From: a bacterium | Lineage (GTDB): Bacteria > Zhuqueibacterota > Zhuqueibacteria > Residuimicrobiales > Krinioviventaceae | NCBI GenBank assembly: GCA_963693055.1 | Contig: OY843751.1 | Span: 1,312,001 to 1,376,000, forward strand | Reading direction: 5' to 3' | DNA length: 64,000 nucleotides | Shown here: piece by piece, positions 31,901 through 38,137 of the stretch | How the letters are laid out: the number at the start of each line of letters is the position of its first letter | How positions within the stretch are numbered: position 1 is the stretch's first letter | Position numbers and translations under genes: made by a program | The notes under the pieces: generated by a model | Told to the model about the DNA's origin: nothing | Seen by the model: the letters and a program-made list of their open reading frames with translations, nothing else | The model's database searches: none

Positions 31901-34333
31901 GATTTGGCCTGGATCAGTCTGTTCGCCAACAAATGGGGCCTGCACTTTATTCAAACCGCGAATATCGATGCGTCTACAACCGGCACCTGGTTTAACGGCT
32001 CCGGATTTTCACCCATCGGTAATAGTAGCACCGAATTTACCGGCTCTTATGACGGCCAGTTATATAGCATTTCCGGATTGACCATCAACCGGTCATCAAC
32101 CAGTGATGTCGGATTGTTTGGCCGTACCAGCGGCGCCATTCTGGAAAATATTGCAGTGATCAATGCGGATATTACCGGCAATGACGCTGTGGGTTGTCTG
32201 GTGGGTAACAATAGGGCCAGCTCCACAGTAAGCAAAAGTTATTCTACCGGTACTGTCAGCGGTAACATAAATGTTGGGGGTATTACGGGTTTGAACTATA
32301 ATGCCAGCCTGGCGCAGTGTTATGTTACGGCCGGTGTTAGCGGCGCCTCGGATGTGGGCGGACTGGTGGGCTCTAATTATATTTCCGCCACAACACAAAA
32401 ATGTTATGCCCGGGGTGACGTTACCGGCACATCCAACATTGGCGGACTTGCTGGCTCGAATGCAGGTGGAACGGTCAGCAGATGTTATGCAACCGGTGAG
32501 GTCTCGGGCTCATCCAATACCGGCGGACTGGTGGGTAATAACAATAATACAGTTACTGATAGCTTTTACGATGAATGGACCTCTGGGTGTAGCGATACCG
32601 GTAAGGGAGAACCTGTAAATACAGTATTTATGAAAATCCACTTGACGTTTACTGATGCCAATTGGGACTTTGCCACAGAGACCGCCAACGGCAGCAACGA
32701 TGTCTGGGACATGGATTACAACCAGGCAATAAACAGCGGTTACCCCTACCTGAGCTGGCAGGATGGCAGTAGTGTATCACTCAACTGGACAGCAGCAGCG
32801 CCTGCTGACGGTGAGGGCACCAGCGGCGATCCCTACCAGATTGCCAATCTGGAAAATCTTGCCTGGTTGTCACTGTATGCCAATCACTGGGACAAATATT
32901 ATATACAAACCGCAAACATTGATGCCTCGGCAACCAGTACCTGGAATGGAGGTGTAGGATTTTCACCCATCGGTAACAATTCTGTATGGTTTACCGGCAA
33001 TTACGACGGTCAATCTTACACTATCACCGGCCTGACCATCGATAGGTCAGGTACCAATAATATAGGTCTGTTTGGTTATACCAACGATGCCGTCATAAAA
33101 AATCTTGGGGTCTTGAGTGTTAATATTACCGGCAACAATAATGTGGGCAGTTTGATAGGCAATTTAAACGCCGGTACTGTAAAAAAGTGTTACTCTAACG
33201 GTAGTGTTTCCGGCAATGCCAAGGTTGGTGGTCTGGCAGGGTCCAACAACAGTGGGCTGCTTGGTCAGTGTTTTGCCAATACTGGTGTTTCGGGCGCTAC
33301 CGATATAGGTGGACTGGTGGGATACAACAACTATTCCTCTGATGTTAATAACTGTTATGCCAAAGGCAGTGTTTCCGGCACATCAAATGTGGGCGGTCTT
33401 GCCGGTTCAAATGTCTCATCAGCCATCCTGAATAAAAGTTATGCCAAAGGCAGTGTCTCCGGTTCTTCTGCCTCGGGTGGTCTGGTGGGTTTTAATGCTG
33501 GCGATGTGATTTTTTGCTTTTACGATTTAGAAACCACAGGGTGTAACGATACCGGCAAAGGCATACCCAAGTCTACAACAGATATGAAAATCCTGTCCAC
33601 ATTTACGGATGCGGACTGGGATTTTGAAGCAGAAACGGCTAACGGCAACAATGATTTTTGGGACCTGGATTGCAGTTGTTCCATAAACAATGGCTATCCC
33701 TTTCTCTCATGGTTAAATGGAGAAGATGTGGCCCTGCCCGTGGAATTGTACAGCTTTACAGCTGTTTGTGATAATGGCATAGTGATACTTGAATGGCAAA
33801 CCGCCAGTGAACGCGACAACCTGGGTTTTATACTTGAGCGACGAGATGAAAACAGCAACTGGCAGGAAATCAATTCTTACAAGATGTGTCAGACTCTGCA
33901 AGGGCAGGGAACAACTCCCTCGGAAACGGAATATTCCTACATTGATGATACGATTTCTCCCGGAAATACCTATACCTACCGTCTTTTGGATGTAAATACC
34001 AGTGGTGCGATAAATGTACTCGCATCTATATTGGTTAAAGTGGAATCTATTCCAACGACAACGCAATTATACCCTGCGTATCCGAATCCGTTCAATCCAT
34101 CTACAACCATCAGGTATGATCTGGCAAAAGACGGATATGTGAGTATTGCTGTATATGATGTGCTGGGCAGGCAGGTCAGGTCACTGTTTAACGGTGAGCA
34201 GGCTGCGGGGAGTTTTGATCTGCAATGGAACGGTCTCGATGATCTGGGTTGCCAGGTTTCGAGCGGTATTTATCTCGTTCGTTTTCAGACTGGTAATTTT
34301 ACCCGGACCCAAAAGGTTATGTTTGTAAAATAG
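28991..34333 (+). CDS. Large secreted GLUG-repeat protein with T9SS/FlgD-type C-terminal domain (paralog)
   Basis: Same architecture with five modules; LPVELYSF and YPNPFNP CTD. Confidence 0.88.
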   Translation: MKKIYSILLIVIFLTTGLYADGTQPPGSGTSDVPYEVSTLNHLLWISTNSGSWSACFEQTADINASATATWNSDGEGGYEGFSPIGKILDYFEGSYDGQGYAIEGLYINRTSDYVGLFGAIEGGSVENLILKNVNITAEAMVGGLAGYTVDAVFTNCSVSGSVSCINSYVGGLIGDITLSTQINECRSLCSVSGTFNVGGLVGCTYNSTVIKNSYARGSVDGTLSSVGGLLGYNSYGCQVNNCYATGSVSGDSQYGGLVGENNGTVSNSFYDQETTGQDDTGKGTPKTTEEMKTLYTFTNAGWDFDNETTNGTDDVWDIDYINSSNIGYPYLSWQDGATVAQPSGPDGSGTSNDPYQISNLTDLCWLSQNPSSWDKYFIQINDIDASSTSSWSGGFGFSPIGNNNDYFEGSYDGQGYAIEGLYINRSSSYVGLFGDMMGTGPVKNLIMRNVNITGDTFVGGLVGQQNYKVITNCSVTGSVSGAGYVGGVVGLEQYSAEVNECRSLCSVSGTFYVGSLVGGARFSAVINNSYARGSVDGTNSYIGGLLGGNADGCQVNNCYATGSVSGDSQVGGLVGENEGTVSNSFYDQITTGQDDTGKGSPKTTAEMKDYTTFINAGWDYVAETVNGSDDDWDQDCSESINNGYPYLSWQDGASVSLAVLSIVPSAGDGSSGDPYQIATINNLYWLSQNSDQWGQNYIQVANIDASVTGSLDSGSGFSSIGSDVINFSGTYDGQGYNIDNLYINRSASSFIGLFGYTNGAGISNIALTGANITGDQYVGGIAGVSSSGQIVQCYTKGSISGNYNVGGVSGCNNNTTIRNCYSTADISGTTNTGGLTGLNGVTSTIDKCYARGSVSGTTNTGGLVGANSATVSNSFFDSETTGQSDNSGKGVPKSTQAMQTFSTFFDAGWDLEVETGNGNNDIWDMDHTGSFGGCYPYLSWQDASDVSIPAKPADGDGSSGAPYQIATLSDLAWISLFANKWGLHFIQTANIDASTTGTWFNGSGFSPIGNSSTEFTGSYDGQLYSISGLTINRSSTSDVGLFGRTSGAILENIAVINADITGNDAVGCLVGNNRASSTVSKSYSTGTVSGNINVGGITGLNYNASLAQCYVTAGVSGASDVGGLVGSNYISATTQKCYARGDVTGTSNIGGLAGSNAGGTVSRCYATGEVSGSSNTGGLVGNNNNTVTDSFYDEWTSGCSDTGKGEPVNTVFMKIHLTFTDANWDFATETANGSNDVWDMDYNQAINSGYPYLSWQDGSSVSLNWTAAAPADGEGTSGDPYQIANLENLAWLSLYANHWDKYYIQTANIDASATSTWNGGVGFSPIGNNSVWFTGNYDGQSYTITGLTIDRSGTNNIGLFGYTNDAVIKNLGVLSVNITGNNNVGSLIGNLNAGTVKKCYSNGSVSGNAKVGGLAGSNNSGLLGQCFANTGVSGATDIGGLVGYNNYSSDVNNCYAKGSVSGTSNVGGLAGSNVSSAILNKSYAKGSVSGSSASGGLVGFNAGDVIFCFYDLETTGCNDTGKGIPKSTTDMKILSTFTDADWDFEAETANGNNDFWDLDCSCSINNGYPFLSWLNGEDVALPVELYSFTAVCDNGIVILEWQTASERDNLGFILERRDENSNWQEINSYKMCQTLQGQGTTPSETEYSYIDDTISPGNTYTYRLLDVNTSGAINVLASILVKVESIPTTTQLYPAYPNPFNPSTTIRYDLAKDGYVSIAVYDVLGRQVRSLFNGEQAAGSFDLQWNGLDDLGCQVSSGIYLVRFQTGNFTRTQKVMFVK

Positions 34334-34458
34334 TATCATATGACCAGAGGAGAAAAAGAAATTTATAAAACCCCCTAAAAATACAACGGAGCGTCAGATC
34401 ATTAATAAATTTGGTGATCTGTCATTCTGAAAGTAATAAAAGGGAAATATAAAAGCAA

Positions 34459-35283
34459 CTAATTGTTCTTTGAAAGATTCAACTGACTCCTTTGATTTTT
34501 AATTTTATCAGGCAAAAGATCAACATATTGTTGTATGACACGTTTGGAAAGTCTTGCCAGCTGGCTGATTTGATCAAGGTTTTTAATGTCATGCTTCCAA
34601 AGTAATTCAACACGATGGTAATCTTTGATATACCTGTCAACCGCTTCGTTGCTGTGTTTGGTTTTCAAAGCGATTTCGGGAGTGAGATATCCCTCAAGAT
34701 ACAGAGTGATAATTTCGCGTTTATGAGTAATAGCGCCGGAAAGATCATGGATGTTGCCACGCGTTGGTAAGAGATGCCCTTCTTTTTGGATTTCATTTAC
34801 ATATTTACTGACAACGGCATCACAGACACCGAGTAACATAGCCAGGTCAAGTTGAGTAAGCAGAGCACCTTGATCAAAAGCTTCATCAACCCAACGTTTG
34901 AGGCGTCTTTTCCTTAAAGTTTTGGAATCAAAACCATGCGCGATATGAGAAGTATCCTGATCAGTAATGAAAGAGAGGACAACGGGTTTCATTCGGGTAG
35001 CGGCAATACTTTTTCCGCGTTTGGGGTATTCATCGACAGGAACAGCCATCCAGACGAGTTGCCCATAGTGAATATGGTGCAAGTCATCATCAATAGAGGA
35101 GACAAGGAAATAGTCATCAATGATTTTAAGGATATCATCAATGATGGCATTGGCAGTGATGGCTCCTTTGTCATAGCCATAGCTATTCAAAAAGTTGTAC
35201 AGTAGTAACTGCTTGAGATCTTTATCTTTAAGTCGTCTCATTTTTTTGAGTTGAATTTGTTCTTTAGTCAAAGGTTTACTCAT
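34459..35283 (-). CDS. DUF1670-family protein, B type
   Basis: EAFDQGALLTQLDLAMLL, PTRGNIHDL...THK, HS...RY; ATG 35283 with GGAGG RBS; frame stays open upstream to 35337. Confidence 0.8.
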   Translation of the reverse strand: MSKPLTKEQIQLKKMRRLKDKDLKQLLLYNFLNSYGYDKGAITANAIIDDILKIIDDYFLVSSIDDDLHHIHYGQLVWMAVPVDEYPKRGKSIAATRMKPVVLSFITDQDTSHIAHGFDSKTLRKRRLKRWVDEAFDQGALLTQLDLAMLLGVCDAVVSKYVNEIQKEGHLLPTRGNIHDLSGAITHKREIITLYLEGYLTPEIALKTKHSNEAVDRYIKDYHRVELLWKHDIKNLDQISQLARLSKRVIQQYVDLLPDKIKNQRSQLNLSKNN

Positions 35284-36115
35284 TTTCTTTGCCTCCTGAT
35301 AGATGTTGAGGAATGGATTTTTTTTTCGCGTCGCCACCAGGTTCCGCAGGAGATAACAGATCGTTTAATCGCGTATTGTTTTGTTGAAGATAGGTTTGGT
35401 AGAGTTGGATATACTCGCGCACCAGGCGGTCGGATTTCTTTGCAATGAGTCGAATCTGGTTCGGAGAGAAATTTTCCTTGTATAAAAGGGCGATCTGCAT
35501 AAAGTCAGCGAGGTAACGTTTGATGCTGGTTTCAGAATGATTGGTTTTTTGTTCTATTTCTGAAAAGGTATAACCTTTAAGATACAGATCAATAATGATG
35601 GTTTTATGAGACAGTCCGGGACCCATGTCATGTTTCATACCTCGTGTCATGATAAACATACCGTGATGACGGAGATGATAAATGTCACGTTTAACAGTGG
35701 CCGGACTGGTGGTTAAAAGCATTGCCAGGTCTTCATAGCTGAGTAAAGCACCCTGATCATAGGCTTGTCGAGTCAGACGGGCGATCCGGTGTCGTCTAAG
35801 TCCGGCAAGGCCATAATTAGCCAGGGCTTGCAGATCTGTATTAAAGTCAATTAGTTTGAGACGGACCGTAAGCTTTCGGGTTAATCTGATATGTTTGCCG
35901 GCTGGTTCTTCAGCGGCAACAGCTTCATAAGCGACTTCACCTCCTGATAATGAAATGTTGGAATGTTCCTGAAAGTATTGGTCAAATTGTTGATAGTAAG
36001 CTTCGGCAATAATAGGAGTCAAATTGAAATCCTGAGACAGTTTTTGGACAATAGCGTTTTTAGCTGTCTTGGATTCGAGTCTTTTTAAACCATAATTATT
36101 TTTAACATCTGCCAT
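35276..36115 (-). CDS. DUF1670-family protein, A type
   Basis: QAYDQGALLSYEDLAMLL, TRGMKHDMGPGLSHK, HS...RY; AAGGAG RBS. Confidence 0.8.
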   Translation of the reverse strand: MADVKNNYGLKRLESKTAKNAIVQKLSQDFNLTPIIAEAYYQQFDQYFQEHSNISLSGGEVAYEAVAAEEPAGKHIRLTRKLTVRLKLIDFNTDLQALANYGLAGLRRHRIARLTRQAYDQGALLSYEDLAMLLTTSPATVKRDIYHLRHHGMFIMTRGMKHDMGPGLSHKTIIIDLYLKGYTFSEIEQKTNHSETSIKRYLADFMQIALLYKENFSPNQIRLIAKKSDRLVREYIQLYQTYLQQNNTRLNDLLSPAEPGGDAKKKSIPQHLSGGKENE

Positions 36116-36215
36116 AAGAATCTCCTTATTTCTGTTTTTATTAAAACAATGATTCCTATGGTCATATGCACTAAACTTTAAATAATTATATTTTGATAAA
36201 GGTAAGGGGCAAAGC

Positions 36216-36255
36216 GTGCCAGGGATACTTATTGCATCACTGGCACTTGTTTTAT
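36216..36255. terminator. Stem-loop, probable ancestral terminator between the convergent flanking genes
   Basis: GTGCCAG...CTGGCAC stem with T-rich tail, in the 95-bp spacer between the two DUF1670 units. Confidence 0.5.
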
Positions 36256-36399
36256 TTACGTTTAGGAAATATTTCCGGTAGGTTGTTTTTAAGATTAGAA
36301 CATTTATTCATTTTTTCAGCTAACGAAAGGAGCTCGTAGGGCGACTGGAGTTAGCTGAAAAACAATGACAACCTAACCTATTAATTCCTTTTCAAATTT

Positions 36400-37215
36400 T
36401 CAAGTTTTCTTTTGTATTAAATCTGAATGATAATGATAAACCAGATCACGATATTGTAATATTGTACTCCGTCCTAATCCGGTTATTCTTACCATTTCCA
36501 TTAAATTAAAACCTTTTTCCAATAATGATTTTACGTTCTTGTAACTCTTTAAATACCGACTCGTTGATTCAATTGTGTGATTTGTAATCCGGGCGATATC
36601 CGGTTCGGGATATCCCTGCTCGTACAAATCTATAATTGCGGCTTTATGCGTCGGCTTACTGCCCTGATCCAGCATCATTCCTTTAGTCGGCAATATATCA
36701 TCATGCGTTTCATGATAAATTGTCATATACCGACCAATAGTGTTTAATGAGCGATTCAACAATACACTGAGTTCTGCACCTGTCAACCAGCCGCCCTGTT
36801 CTGCCGCACTCTTGCATAACCGCGCCATTACTTTAATATCCCGTTCTGTTTGTTTTTCATAATTAGCACTGCCATCTTTTGGGGGATAAGAATAATGGCT
36901 TTTGATACGATTGTCAATATCCGCATCTGTTACCAACGGTAGCACAACTGTCTGAACCTCATAATCTTCCGCTTTTGTGCCATAACTTGGCTTTCGGTTT
37001 GTCGCTTTGGTTGTCCGCCAGATAATCTGACCAAAACTTTTCTTTTCCAGCTCTGGATAAAATTCATTTTGCAATGCGACAATATCTTCTGCAATCATCC
37101 GGATGACTTTGTGGCTTCCCAGCATTTTATAATTTTCTTCCAGTAATCGAATAATCGCATTTTGAAAGCTACGCTTAGCTATTGATTCATAACGATTTAA
37201 AGGCTTAGTCTTCAT
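36400..37215 (-). CDS. DUF1670-family protein, B type
   Basis: GQIIW, SAAEQGGWLTGAELSVLL, PTKGMMLDQG...THK, HT...RY. Confidence 0.78.
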   Translation of the reverse strand: MKTKPLNRYESIAKRSFQNAIIRLLEENYKMLGSHKVIRMIAEDIVALQNEFYPELEKKSFGQIIWRTTKATNRKPSYGTKAEDYEVQTVVLPLVTDADIDNRIKSHYSYPPKDGSANYEKQTERDIKVMARLCKSAAEQGGWLTGAELSVLLNRSLNTIGRYMTIYHETHDDILPTKGMMLDQGSKPTHKAAIIDLYEQGYPEPDIARITNHTIESTSRYLKSYKNVKSLLEKGFNLMEMVRITGLGRSTILQYRDLVYHYHSDLIQKKT

Positions 37216-38032
37216 CGATCCCCTCCTTGGTTTGTTTTTTTTTCGAGGGGTATAACACCTTTAATTGCTCCAATAACTCTACATAGATCGGCGGCCATTT
37301 GTCACCCTGTTTATGATGCTCAAAAATATCCAGGTACTCACGGGTCAAACGCTCACTTTGGCCTAATAACCGACTGATCTCTTTGATATCCTGCATACCA
37401 TGATTCAGTAATAACAACAGCCTGCCAAAGCTGCACACATATCGTTTTATTGAAAACGCGCTATGACGACTTTTACGAATAATTGCATCGTATGTGTCTC
37501 CCTGCAAATACAGTTCAATAATGTGGCTTTTGTGTGACAAGCTCCGACCGATGTCATGGTCTGTTCCGCGCGTGTGAATAAAGTTGCCATCAGTCTGCAA
37601 AGACTTTATATCCTGGCGTACAGTGCGGCTCGTAACCTGGAGGATCCGGGCCAAATCCTCTTGTGTCAAAGAACCTTCCTGATCCCAGGCTTCTTCGGTC
37701 AATCGTAAGACCTTTAACTGGCGCAGTGCCTTGGGACCGCTTTCTTTTAATACATTTAAATCTTCTACACCGGCATCCAGTGTTAACTCTACTTCTTTCA
37801 ATTCCTGCTCACCCAGGGGCTTGCCATGTTTTGCCTTGGTGGATGCGCAGATATATTTTATTTTACCAACTGTCTGGGGAACCTCGCCAAATAAACACTG
37901 CTTGGCTAAATCCAATATCCCTTTACTTTCTGCCGGTGATAATTCAAATTCTTTTCGTAAAGAATTGATGAATACTTGCTCGGGTGTTTTTTCTAATATC
38001 CTGTCATACAAACTACTACGAGTATTGTACAT
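37205..38032 (-). CDS. DUF1670-family protein, A type
   Basis: EEAWDQEGSLTQEDLARIL, TRGTDHDIGRSLSHK, HS...RY; GGAGG RBS. Confidence 0.8.
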   Translation of the reverse strand: MYNTRSSLYDRILEKTPEQVFINSLRKEFELSPAESKGILDLAKQCLFGEVPQTVGKIKYICASTKAKHGKPLGEQELKEVELTLDAGVEDLNVLKESGPKALRQLKVLRLTEEAWDQEGSLTQEDLARILQVTSRTVRQDIKSLQTDGNFIHTRGTDHDIGRSLSHKSHIIELYLQGDTYDAIIRKSRHSAFSIKRYVCSFGRLLLLLNHGMQDIKEISRLLGQSERLTREYLDIFEHHKQGDKWPPIYVELLEQLKVLYPSKKKQTKEGIDED

Positions 38033-38088
38033 TTGTCCTCCGGTAAGTTTTGAAATCTTTGTTTGACTTCCGGTTACTTCTAGTAAAT

Positions 38089-38117
38089 ACTATATGAAAT
38101 AACCGCCTTTTTTCCAA
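38089..38117 (-). promoter_or_regulatory. Candidate sigma70 promoter inside the right end of element 2
   Basis: Minus strand TTGGAA-N17-TATAGT upstream of the 38032 start. Confidence 0.35.
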
Positions 38118-38137
38118 AACCTACCGGAAAATTTTCC

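Larger units (their letters stand above)
34337..36168 (-). mobile_element. Putative DUF1670-pair mobile element 1 (1832 bp)
   Basis: IR CATATGACCAGAGGA (34337-34351) versus TCCTATGGTCATATG (36154-36168), 14/15 match; TCATATG directly repeated at both ends; encloses exactly two DUF1670-like genes. Confidence 0.7.

Noticed and set aside
24460-34333. Repeats in the GLUG genes as a CRISPR array or DGR template/variable pair
   Set aside because: Repeats are in-frame protein modules; no constant repeat-spacer pattern, no adenine-specific differences, and no cas or reverse transcriptase gene.
34459-38032. The four DUF1670 genes as one operon or a simple tandem duplication
   Set aside because: Each pair has its own unrelated IRs, the proteins are strongly diverged, and a host-like hairpin spacer separates the pairs.
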